Assembly: GCA_963676395.1 (NCBI GenBank)
Contig: OY781066.1
Location: forward strand, 1,088,001-1,152,000
Direction of reading: 5' to 3'
Length of the DNA stretch: 64,000 bases
From: a bacterium
GTDB lineage: Bacteria; Fidelibacterota; Fidelibacteria; Fidelibacterales; Fidelibacteraceae
This document shows positions 39,682 to 48,752 of this stretch, piece by piece. A model generated the notes under the pieces. That model saw nothing but the letters and a program-made list of their open reading frames with translations, did not search any database and was not told the DNA's origin. A program made the translations under genes and the position numbers. Each line of letters opens with the position of its first letter. Position 1 is the first letter of the stretch.

Positions 39682-41999
39682 GTTTTCTGTTTTTGCATTG
39701 CCCTGTAGACTTTCTCGGGTGTAAAGGGTGCTCCGACCATTCTTACCCCCACAGCATCATAAATGGCATTTGCAATGGCGGGCATAGGACCGTTGATGCC
39801 AATCTCGGAAACCGATTTGGCGCCATAGGGACCGGAGTCCTCATGTGATTCTACAACAAAGCTCTTCATCTTAGGTATATCTGCCGCCGTCGGGATCTTG
39901 TAGGATTTAAATCCTTTATTCAAAAGATTACCCTTGGCGGAGAAAATATATTCTTCGGTCATAGCATAGGCAATTCCGTTCACGGTAGCACCTTCGACCT
40001 GACCTTCGGCCAGCTGCGGGTTAATGGCTTGTCCGCAATCCACCGCCGATACAAATTCCAAAACTTTCACCTGACCCGTTTTGGTATCCACTTCCACTTC
40101 GGCAGCCTGACACATAAAGGGTGGCGGTGATTGTTCAACAATTTCCGAGGCCTCAGCCTGGATTTGGAATTGATTATGATCATACAAAGCGTAGCAACAT
40201 ATTTCGCCGTAACTTTTAGATATTTTTTGTCTTTTATCATAGACTACCGAATTCTCGGTAAAGAGGTCTTCGAGCTTCGCATCCATCATTTCTGCGGCAA
40301 CGCCAAGGATTTGATCTTTAACCTTAAGGGCACATTTCTTAACGGCCCGACCGGAAAGATAGGTCGTTGATGAAGCATATGCTCCCACATCAAAAGGTGT
40401 GCGATCGGTATCCGATGAATAAACTATGATCTTACTCAGCGGAATGTCTAGAGCCTCGGCCGCGATCTGGGCAAGAATGGTGTCCGAGCCTGTGCCAATA
40501 TCTGTGGCACCAATATTCATATTAAAGGAACCGTCTTCATTCATTTTCATATAAGCGGCCGCCATATCAACAAGTGGAATGGCCGAACCTTGCATTGATA
40601 CCGCCAATCCAACACCACGCACTTTATCACCGTTTGTGATCTTCTTATTATATTTATTGTACCAATCGATCTCTTTCACACAGATATCGATACATTCATC
40701 CAATTTACAGGAATTGACCACCTGAGGAACACCATCTTTTCCTTCACCCAATGCTTCGAAAACACCGGAGGTCTCACCGACCTGAATATGATATTTTTTA
40801 ATATATTCCGGCAGATCCAACTCAAGTCTACGCGTGATCATATCCAAATGCTGATTCAAGGCAAAATAACCCTGCGTAGCACCATAACCGCGATATGCAC
40901 CACCAACGGGCAGATTGGTATAGACAGAACGGCCCAGAAAGTGCATGTTCTCAATTTTGTTAAACAACGGTAATACCTTAGAACCGCAGTTAGATAACAC
41001 GGTTAAAGCATGCGAGCCGTAAGCACCGGAATTCAAAAGCGAATCCATTTCAAGGAAAGTGATCTCGCCGGTATTCTTTACGCCGGTTCTAAGACGAACA
41101 CGAATAGGATGGCGGGTACGGGAATTTTGAAATACTTCCGCACGCGAGATAACCAGTCGGGCCGGTCGCTTATGCCTAAGCGTTACCAATGAAGCTAAAG
41201 GCTCCAAAAATACTTCCTGCTTGGAACCAAAACCGCCACCGATACGCGGTTTGATCACACGAATTTTAGATAGCGGATAATCAATGGCCTGGGCCACAAT
41301 ACGGCGCACATGAAAAGGGACCTGAGTTGATGAAATAATCACCAATCGACCTTGCTCATCGAACATGGTTTTAACAGAATGCGGTTCAATGGCGCAATGC
41401 TGACCGTAGTGAGCATTGTAAGTTTCATCGATAACAAAGTCAGCTTCTTCTTCACCCTTCTTGATATCACCAAAGGCAATATCCACTTCGGCAGCCAAAT
41501 TCTTTTCGGGTTCGTATTTTGCACCAATAGGATAAGCATGGGAAGCATCGTGCAATTTGGGAGAATCTGGATCCATGGCTTTTTCCGCATCGAGAAGCGG
41601 TTCCATGACCTTGTACTTTACCTCAAGCATTTTTGCCGCCATGTGGGCTGTCTTGCGATCCTCAGCCACGATCATAGCAACGCGGTCGCCCACAAATCGC
41701 ATGGTGGTATCAAAGATCAAACAATCATAAGGAGACGGCTCAGGGAATCCTTGTCCCGCCGAAGTATGCAAAATTTGCTTTACATTCTTGTAATGCAGCA
41801 CATCCACCACACCTTCCACGGCACGAGCCTTGGAATCGTCGATATCCAAAATTTCGGCATAGGCGTGAGGGGAATACGCTAACTTACAATAGAGTGCATT
41901 CTTGATCTCGAAATCATCGACATACTTGGCTGAGCCGGTCGCAAGCGATAAAGCATCGACCTTTTTCTCAGGCTTACCTACGGTAGTATATTTTTTCAT
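39678..41999 (-). CDS. Molybdopterin-binding oxidoreductase subunit (XdhD-like)
   Basis: AGQGFPEPSPYD, GGGFGSKQ, GAYRGYGATQ, GAYASSTT, GAKSVSE. Confidence 0.9.
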   Translation of the reverse strand: MKKYTTVGKPEKKVDALSLATGSAKYVDDFEIKNALYCKLAYSPHAYAEILDIDDSKARAVEGVVDVLHYKNVKQILHTSAGQGFPEPSPYDCLIFDTTMRFVGDRVAMIVAEDRKTAHMAAKMLEVKYKVMEPLLDAEKAMDPDSPKLHDASHAYPIGAKYEPEKNLAAEVDIAFGDIKKGEEEADFVIDETYNAHYGQHCAIEPHSVKTMFDEQGRLVIISSTQVPFHVRRIVAQAIDYPLSKIRVIKPRIGGGFGSKQEVFLEPLASLVTLRHKRPARLVISRAEVFQNSRTRHPIRVRLRTGVKNTGEITFLEMDSLLNSGAYGSHALTVLSNCGSKVLPLFNKIENMHFLGRSVYTNLPVGGAYRGYGATQGYFALNQHLDMITRRLELDLPEYIKKYHIQVGETSGVFEALGEGKDGVPQVVNSCKLDECIDICVKEIDWYNKYNKKITNGDKVRGVGLAVSMQGSAIPLVDMAAAYMKMNEDGSFNMNIGATDIGTGSDTILAQIAAEALDIPLSKIIVYSSDTDRTPFDVGAYASSTTYLSGRAVKKCALKVKDQILGVAAEMMDAKLEDLFTENSVVYDKRQKISKSYGEICCYALYDHNQFQIQAEASEIVEQSPPPFMCQAAEVEVDTKTGQVKVLEFVSAVDCGQAINPQLAEGQVEGATVNGIAYAMTEEYIFSAKGNLLNKGFKSYKIPTAADIPKMKSFVVESHEDSGPYGAKSVSEIGINGPMPAIANAIYDAVGVRMVGAPFTPEKVYRAMQKQKT

Positions 42000-42005
42000 A
42001 ATGTT

Positions 42006-42473
42006 TTACTTTTTTTGAAGTCGTTTTGCCGCCAGCATGACCGCTTCCACGATCTTGACATAGCCGGTACAACGGCACAAATTTCCATCCATAGCCTTTG
42101 TTGCTTCGTCCTCTGTAGGATGTGGATTTTCCTGCAAAAGCGCATAGGTCGCAAGTACAATACCCGGCGTACAAAAACCACACTGCACGGCGCCGCAATC
42201 CACAAAAGCTTCTTGGATCACATGCGGTTCATGCAGATCGCCGATGCCTTTTACGGTGAGCAATGTATCATCTTCGCAGACCGAGGCTGTGAACATCAGA
42301 CAAGAATTGACCGGCTTACCGTTAAGCAACACAATACAGGCACCGCACTCACCCTCTTTGCAACCGCTTTTCACTTCGGTGAAACCGGCTTTACGCAGAG
42401 TAAAAAGCAAATGCTCCTCAGGCGTAAACTCTATTTTTACGGCTTTACCGTTTACATTTAATATTGAATTCAT
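42006..42473 (-). CDS. (2Fe-2S)-binding subunit of Mo hydroxylase
   Basis: GCKEGECGAC, QCGFCTPG, GNLCRCTGY. Confidence 0.95.
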   Translation of the reverse strand: MNSILNVNGKAVKIEFTPEEHLLFTLRKAGFTEVKSGCKEGECGACIVLLNGKPVNSCLMFTASVCEDDTLLTVKGIGDLHEPHVIQEAFVDCGAVQCGFCTPGIVLATYALLQENPHPTEDEATKAMDGNLCRCTGYVKIVEAVMLAAKRLQKK

Positions 42474-43285
42474 TGAACACTCTCCAGGGCAGAAATAATC
42501 GCGCGTTGTGTTTCGATCTTTGCCTTAATGCCCATATACTCGGGATCCGTAATGCGCGCACCCACAATACTTACATTCACCCGTTCTTGCACCTTGGCAT
42601 CCACAATTTCGTCCTTCTTTTTCCCAAGAAGATAGCTCTCGAGCTCAGACAGATGAGTGATGCGCTCTTTGGTACCCACAATATAGACCTTGGCACGCTT
42701 AATGACATCCGTCTCTAGCTCCAGCAATACCGTGATAGTGAACAAAGGCATATCGTTCACTGTTTTCACATCGCAATAATGTGCCGAGTAATGGGGCGTA
42801 TCTTTCACACGAACCGCAGTGATAAGAGTTTGCTCCCGCAATGCCGCATCGTTAAGATAGTCCTCAACCGCAACGACACCCTCATGTTTTCCCGCCAGAA
42901 CGATTTCAGCGTCAAGCGCCAAAAGGGCGCCGATCAGATCGGACCATGACGGCACGAAGGCGATCGAGCCGCCGATCGTGATGCGATTTCTACAAGGAGT
43001 ATTGGCTGCGTTTTTTAATGTTTTTACAAGAATGTGCTGAGGAGAAAGAGATGACAATACGTTTACCACATCGGCATAGGTGCTCATCGCCCCGATCTCC
43101 AGCATATCTTTGTCTTTTTTTACATAGTCCAACCCAAGCTTGCGCAGACAGATAATACCATCTACATCTCGCAACTCACGACCGCTGAGATGCGTGCCGC
43201 CACCATGGAGAACCACGTTTTTTATCTCTAGCAGAGAACGCGCCTCAGCCAGAGATACCGGAAAGTACCACTTAATTTTATTCAT
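42470..43285 (-). CDS. FAD-binding subunit of Mo hydroxylase (YgfM-like)
   Basis: GGGT, RNRITIGG, SDLIGALLALDA; start placed at ATG 43285 (MNKIKWY). Confidence 0.8.
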   Translation of the reverse strand: MNKIKWYFPVSLAEARSLLEIKNVVLHGGGTHLSGRELRDVDGIICLRKLGLDYVKKDKDMLEIGAMSTYADVVNVLSSLSPQHILVKTLKNAANTPCRNRITIGGSIAFVPSWSDLIGALLALDAEIVLAGKHEGVVAVEDYLNDAALREQTLITAVRVKDTPHYSAHYCDVKTVNDMPLFTITVLLELETDVIKRAKVYIVGTKERITHLSELESYLLGKKKDEIVDAKVQERVNVSIVGARITDPEYMGIKAKIETQRAIISALESVQ

Positions 43286-43292
43286 AATTAGA

Positions 43293-43321
43293 AATTTCCG
43301 ACAATGAGGGGCAAATGTCAA
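43293..43321 (-). promoter_or_regulatory. Putative promoter of the purine catabolic operon
   Basis: Minus strand TTGACA-N17-GAAATT ending 7 nt before ATG 43285; the -10 is weak. Confidence 0.35.
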
Positions 43322-43896
43322 GAAAATAATAGCCCCTACGGTGCAAGGCAAAGGGCAAAATTCAAAAGGCAAAGAAAGATCTATCCACAAATTGCTCTCC
43401 TTCAGCAAGCCTTCGAAAGGTCGGGTAGATAATAAATCTACATTATCTAATCAATATTTCTGAGATTCTTTTCCATTCTTCTCCAGAAAAAGAAGATTTT
43501 TCAGGTTTATATGAATTCCAGTCCGCACTTGATAAATCTTTAATTTTATCTCGCAATTCTTTTGCTGAATGCGGGCGCGTGCATAATTTTGTGTAAACGA
43601 TCTTTCAATCAAAGTTCCTCCTACGCTCTTCGAGCTTACATCTTCTCCGTCAGCCGACGGATTTGATGCACAGATCGGAAGGGCACGCAGATTTCTTTAC
43701 GTTTTTATCGGCAAAATCGATGCCCGACGACTTAAAATAATGCATCTATTTAATAAAATATTTTTGGGCGCATCGTGAACACTAAAGCTACGACCGGACA
43801 GGCGAAATCCACACAATCTTGTCCTTTTATAAAAGCTATGACTTTTAGCTATCCCATTACATAATAATATTAGTTTTAGAAATACAATAAAAGGAC

Positions 43897-43925
43897 TTGA
43901 TGAATACGGGGGTTTAAGCTAGATT
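43897..43925 (+). promoter_or_regulatory. Repeated promoter-like module, copy 1
   Basis: TTGATG-aatacgggggtttaagc-TAGATT (17-nt spacer). Confidence 0.45.
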
Positions 43926-44140
43926 CACATTAATTGCTATACAAATAAGAATTGCAGAATTGCGTAGCTAAAAAAATGAACACTCGGATTCAAAATCGGG
44001 GGGACAAAATTTTTGGAGCATTCATGCAAAAATGCATGTACAAAACAGGCCTGATTTTAGTAAATTTAAACTCTGAAACCCAAAATTGGATGCTATTCTT
44101 ACACTTTGCCGTTAAACACTATTAAAACAAGGATCCGCTA

Positions 44141-45274
44141 ATGAATAGATTATTTGGAAAAATGCGTTTGTCTCTTATAAATAAAGCCCAAAAGGGAAAT
44201 TATATTAAGTATGCAATTGGAGAAATTTTTCTTGTTGTAATTGGAATTCTTATTGCTCTTCAAATAAATAATTGGAACGAAGACAGAAAGGATAAAATAT
44301 ATAAACATAAAGTTTACGCTCAAATACAACAAGATTTACAAAGAGATACTCTGTATATCAGTGGCAGGATCGAATTTTATAAAGAAAAAAATGAACGGTT
44401 AGAAAAAATTATTAATAGAGAAATTCCAAAATCATACTACGATACACTTAATGCAAGCAATTATAAAAATTGCAGCAATTGTATTTGTGATTTAACAAGC
44501 AACTACTTTTTTCATTACTCTGATAAAGGATTTCAATTATTAAAATCATTGAATGAATCTCGCAATACCGAAAATGATTCGCTTTCGTATTTAATACTTG
44601 ATTTTTATAACGCTTACATACCCGCTTTGAAATTTGATAGTCAGATGCTAGCAGATATTATGAATGAAACAATTGATGAGTTTCAAAAATACGATTGGTA
44701 TGTTGATTGGGCTTATTATAACAGAGTTTACAACCAAGAATATCTGAAATACATTTTTGAAAGCGAAGAATATCGTAAAAAATGTGTCCGGTATTTAATC
44801 TATTCAAAATCGAACTACTTAAATAATTTGAAAATCTATAGAAGATATGCTGTAGAATTATTAAAGCTGCTGGATAAAGAATTATTTAACAAAAAGCTCT
44901 ACGAAAGAGAAAAACAGTTTATAGAAAAAATCAAAACAAAAGGAATTGATAAAGCCACTGACTATTATAAAACATTTAAAAAGAAGACAAAAAATGAAAA
45001 CAAGTTGCTATTTACTGAAAATGCAATGAATTTGTTGGGGTATTCCTATCTAAAGAAAAATGAGTTGATAACTGCCATTAAGATCTTTCAATTAAATGTC
45101 GCTGAACATCCAAATTCTTTTATTGTTTACGATAGTTTAGCAGAAGCATATTTAGCAAATGGAGAGAAGAAAAAAGCAATTGAAAATTATAAAAAATCAG
45201 TTGAACTAAATCCAAATAATGAAAATGCGATTAACATTTTAAAAACAATAACTGTGCCTACTATTGCTAAATAA
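44141..45274 (+). CDS. DUF6090-like protein with C-terminal TPR
   Basis: YIKYAIGEIFLVVIGILIALQINNWNE; NLLGYSYL...YDSLAEAY...YKKSVELNP TPR. Confidence 0.75.
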   Translation: MNRLFGKMRLSLINKAQKGNYIKYAIGEIFLVVIGILIALQINNWNEDRKDKIYKHKVYAQIQQDLQRDTLYISGRIEFYKEKNERLEKIINREIPKSYYDTLNASNYKNCSNCICDLTSNYFFHYSDKGFQLLKSLNESRNTENDSLSYLILDFYNAYIPALKFDSQMLADIMNETIDEFQKYDWYVDWAYYNRVYNQEYLKYIFESEEYRKKCVRYLIYSKSNYLNNLKIYRRYAVELLKLLDKELFNKKLYEREKQFIEKIKTKGIDKATDYYKTFKKKTKNENKLLFTENAMNLLGYSYLKKNELITAIKIFQLNVAEHPNSFIVYDSLAEAYLANGEKKKAIENYKKSVELNPNNENAINILKTITVPTIAK

Positions 45275-45569
45275 TCATGATAACAGAAAAATCACAGTCA
45301 TTCATTTTATAGCACTAAACATTTGCAAGCTACAAAGCCAAGCCATCATGTATATCTCGTGATCTCGTCGAAAACATCTCGTTAAAGATGTCTTAAACAA
45401 TATCAATCAAGCGATCGATTTGACGGTGAAGGGCAATAAGAAATAGGTTCCGAATTCCAAATTTATGATTCTTGATTTAATCTAGATTGCGTCTCCTTTA
45501 ATCATATTTAATTATCTTTATTAATTATTTCTATATTTTTCATCTTATTCCCCAAAACACAAAAACAAG

Positions 45570-45598
45570 TTGCCGAATACGAGGGTTTTAATTATATA
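45570..45598 (+). promoter_or_regulatory. Repeated promoter-like module, copy 2
   Basis: TTGCCG-aatacgagggttttaat-TATATA. Confidence 0.45.
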
Positions 45599-45788
45599 AA
45601 CCCAGAAATAAGAATTGTTCATATTTCAGGTTTGCATATGACAATAGAATCAATTGAAAATTATAATAAATCAAAATATTTTAATGAATTGCTTAGAAAT
45701 ATGATTGATTATAAGCTAAGAAACTCTCGCCATCTGCCACTACCCATATAATTTACCGTCAGATGTTATAAATACCGGTAAGCGAAAA

Positions 45789-46442
45789 ATGAAGAAAACA
45801 ATGAAAAAAATACTATTATTAAGCGGATATGCATGTAAATCGTGGATATGGGACAAATTCATTGAGCTTAACAAGGCAGATTATATAGTAGATAAGGTTG
45901 ATTGGCCGCTTAACTTGACTAATCGATTCCATAGCTTAGAGGATTATGTGGTATGGCTGAATAAGGAGTTGAAGAAAAAGAACTATGATTATGACTTGTT
46001 CATTGGTCATAGCATGGGGGGATTGGTTGCTTTACAATTAGCCAACAAATTATCAATTAATGAGATTATTCTAGTCGAATCTTTTATTAAAACACCTGAT
46101 GCTTTTTTTAAAAATCTTTTATATGACAATAATAATGAACTTGCTTCTAAGATAGAAAATATGATAAAGAATGAAAGCATACACTATTCAAAAGAATTAG
46201 GATACAAATTAAAAAATTTAGACTTAACCGAGACGGCTGTCAATTTTGAAGGTACTATACGACTACTATACGGTGATAGAGGGTACAATAGTTTGAATAA
46301 AGTCATGTCTAATCTTGATTTAAGTGGAAGGCTGGCAGATAAAATGGAGGTATCCATTATAAAAAACAGTTGTCACTTTCCAATGGTGGAAAATCCATAT
46401 GAGTTCAGCTTGATAATCAATAATATTTTAACTGATCATTAG
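45789..46442 (+). CDS. Alpha/beta fold hydrolase
   Basis: GHSMGG nucleophile elbow, YGDRG, HFPMVENP. Confidence 0.85.
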   Translation: MKKTMKKILLLSGYACKSWIWDKFIELNKADYIVDKVDWPLNLTNRFHSLEDYVVWLNKELKKKNYDYDLFIGHSMGGLVALQLANKLSINEIILVESFIKTPDAFFKNLLYDNNNELASKIENMIKNESIHYSKELGYKLKNLDLTETAVNFEGTIRLLYGDRGYNSLNKVMSNLDLSGRLADKMEVSIIKNSCHFPMVENPYEFSLIINNILTDH

Positions 46443-46624
46443 TATAAGCCATTTCTATGACGCCTGGCAAATAATTATTAGCACGGCATGATATCTTTTG
46501 TCGGAATGTGAGATACAATTTGTTAAAAACAAAATTTCTTGTGATTTACTCTGACTTCTCGTTTCCGACCTCTAATTCCTCATCTCCACACCTTCATCTC
46601 CATCGAAATACATAAAAAAACAAG

Positions 46625-46653
46625 TTGTTGAAGGCGAGGGTTTTGGGTAAGTT
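46625..46653 (+). promoter_or_regulatory. Repeated promoter-like module, copy 3
   Basis: TTGTTG-aaggcgagggttttggg-TAAGTT. Confidence 0.45.
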
Positions 46654-46698
46654 TTATGAAATTAGTTAACACACATAAAAATGAAATACATAAAAAAC

Positions 46699-46770
46699 AT
46701 ACGATATATGACGCATACACAGCCAAATTGGACAAGTATACGACATATATCGTATATGCAAACCTTAGAT
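46699..46770 (+). repeat. Short attC-like inverted repeat of a different sequence family
   Basis: ATACGATATATGACGCATAC (46699-46718) and GTATACGACATATATCGTAT (46736-46755) pair 18/20, followed by degenerate core CTTAGAT. Confidence 0.55.
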
Positions 46771-46795
46771 GAAATTATTTTTTTGAAGGATCAAT

Positions 46796-47062
46796 ATGAA
46801 AAGAAAAATATTACTCATGTTATTTATTATAAATACTATGATGATTCTTATATACTATATACCTTTTTGTCAACAGATTGCTCATGTTTTATTTAATAGT
46901 GAAGCAGCTTCAATTGGTATCATAGGTGGAGTAGATGGCCCAACTGTAATCTACATAGCATCACAAATAAATTGGTTCCCAATTATTATGTTTTCCATAG
47001 AAATTGTTTTAGGATTATACATATTGTTAACGCGTTCAAAAAATAAGAAAGATATTTTATGA
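46796..47062 (+). CDS. Small membrane protein with Na+-translocating decarboxylase beta-subunit (OadB) motif
   Basis: EAASIGIIGGVDGPTVIY between two TM helices; only 88 aa. Confidence 0.65.
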   Translation: MKRKILLMLFIINTMMILIYYIPFCQQIAHVLFNSEAASIGIIGGVDGPTVIYIASQINWFPIIMFSIEIVLGLYILLTRSKNKKDIL

Positions 47063-47634
47063 AATGGTTATATAACAATTGGTTTAAATCAACAATTTTT
47101 TTAGCGATATATATGCTCATACTATTATGCATATTCGTTATGAATAATAATTTTGGGTTATTTCTAATTTGGCTTCAAACTATAGTATACTTATTCCACC
47201 AATTTGAAGAATATGTTTTTCCAGGTGGATTTGGAGAATTCTTCAATACAAAAACGCTCGGTTCAAAAGATAAAGACTTTCCTGTAGATAAAAAGGTGTC
47301 TTTTTGGATTAATATCCCAATAATTTTTATTGGATTTCCTCTTTCAGCAATTCTATCAGGATTTATTGATATTTCAATTGGAATATGGACTGCTTATTTT
47401 TCAATAATTAACGCACTTTCGCATGTTGGAATGTTCTTTAAACATAGATATAATCCTGGATTTTTTGTTAGCTTGTTTCTAAATATTCCAGTCGGATTAT
47501 ACACGATATATTATTTTACAACGAACCAAATAATTTCAATAAATGCACATGTAATAGGACTAATTATAGGACTTATAGTTCAAGGAATTGTTATGGTTTA
47601 TGGGTTTAGAGTATTAAAACCAAAAATTAAATAA
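47059..47634 (+). CDS. HXXEE domain membrane protein
   Basis: HQFEEYVFPGG, YNPG. Confidence 0.85.
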   Translation: MKWLYNNWFKSTIFLAIYMLILLCIFVMNNNFGLFLIWLQTIVYLFHQFEEYVFPGGFGEFFNTKTLGSKDKDFPVDKKVSFWINIPIIFIGFPLSAILSGFIDISIGIWTAYFSIINALSHVGMFFKHRYNPGFFVSLFLNIPVGLYTIYYFTTNQIISINAHVIGLIIGLIVQGIVMVYGFRVLKPKIK

Positions 47635-47639
47635 ACTGT

Positions 47640-47751
47640 TGCTAACAGTGTGTATAAGTAATATCATGGCTTGTAGTTCGTATCAACATTATCACGGTTT
47701 GATAATTAATTGCTCCAAAGTCCGCCACTACTCATACACGAACCGGTAGCA
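47640..47751 (+). repeat. attC-like site (112 nt, mutated core)
   Basis: TGCTAAC directly after the stop codon; GTGTATAAGTAAT and ACTACTCATACAC arms; R' degenerate GGTAGCA. Confidence 0.7.
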
Positions 47752-47798
47752 GTAAGTTGAGACATAAATAACCTAAACGATGGATTATAGAGATAACA

Positions 47799-48686
47799 AT
47801 GAATTATAGAGATATTGTATTTATTACCGTTGCCGAAAATCTTAGCTTCTCAAAAGCTGCTGCTGATTTGCATATAAGTCAACCGGCAGTAACCAATCAT
47901 ATAAAGGAATTAGAAATTAAGTTTAATTCTAATTTATTCGAACGTAAAGGAAACAAAATTTACCTTACCCATAAGGGAAAGGTTGTGTATAATAAATACA
48001 AGCAAATTGAACAGTACTACAGGGAACTCGATTTTGAAATAGGTCAATTAAACAATAGCATGTCTGGTGACTTTATAATTGGAGCCAGCTCCACCATATC
48101 GCAATACCTTATTCCCAAAATAATTGCTTCATTTCATAAACGCTTCCCGAAAGTAAATATGCACCTAATGAATGGCAATTCGTTTGAAATAGAGCAACTT
48201 TTACTTGATAGCAAAATTGACATGGCACTGGTAGAAAATCACGCATCTCAATCAGGAATCAGGTATAAAAATTTCCTTGATGACGAACTAATTTTTGTGA
48301 GTGGAGAAAATAGTGTTTTCGCAAAGCGAAAGAACATTAATAAAAATGACTTACTGCAAATTCCAATTGTATTAAGAGAAAAGGGGTCGGGCACATTAGA
48401 AGTAATAAAAGAAGCTTTTTTAAAGCAAAATATTGATTTTGAAAGTCTAAATGTGCCTATTCACCTAGGAGGAACCGAAGCTATAAAGAATTTTCTGCTC
48501 GATTTTGATGGTTTAGCAATTATTTCAAAACAAGCTGTCATAACTGAACTGAGTTTAAAAAAACTGGTAGAAATTAAAGTCGCAGGTTTTAGTATTCCAC
48601 GCAAATTTCGTATCGCTTACAAAATTGGATATATAAGCCGGCAGGTTGAATTATTTGAAAATTTTTTACTGCACTATAATTTATAG
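47799..48686 (+). CDS. LysR family regulator (YeiE/CysL-like)
   Basis: SFSKAAADLHISQPAVT HTH, GASSTI, REKGSGT; adjacent to a YeiH gene. Confidence 0.9.
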   Translation: MNYRDIVFITVAENLSFSKAAADLHISQPAVTNHIKELEIKFNSNLFERKGNKIYLTHKGKVVYNKYKQIEQYYRELDFEIGQLNNSMSGDFIIGASSTISQYLIPKIIASFHKRFPKVNMHLMNGNSFEIEQLLLDSKIDMALVENHASQSGIRYKNFLDDELIFVSGENSVFAKRKNINKNDLLQIPIVLREKGSGTLEVIKEAFLKQNIDFESLNVPIHLGGTEAIKNFLLDFDGLAIISKQAVITELSLKKLVEIKVAGFSIPRKFRIAYKIGYISRQVELFENFLLHYNL

Positions 48687-48752
48687 TTATAGCATATAAC
48701 TATTTCGAATTTAATTATATTATAATCCAATTGTACTTTTGAACAAAAAAGT

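Noticed and set aside
20611..43285. Selenocysteine (in-frame TGA) readthrough in the ygfK/xdh operon
   Set aside because: All ORFs are full length for their families, and the TGA codons seen are ordinary stops overlapping the next start.
43440..43810. Possible gene fragment and REP-like remnants (CTACGCTCTTCGAGCT, CCGTCAGCCGACGG, AAAGCTACGACCGGACAGGC)
   Set aside because: The pieces are short and degenerate, and neither boundaries nor family can be supported from this window alone.
46681..46896. 71-aa ORF
   Set aside because: It runs through the inverted repeat and overlaps the better-supported 46796 ORF.
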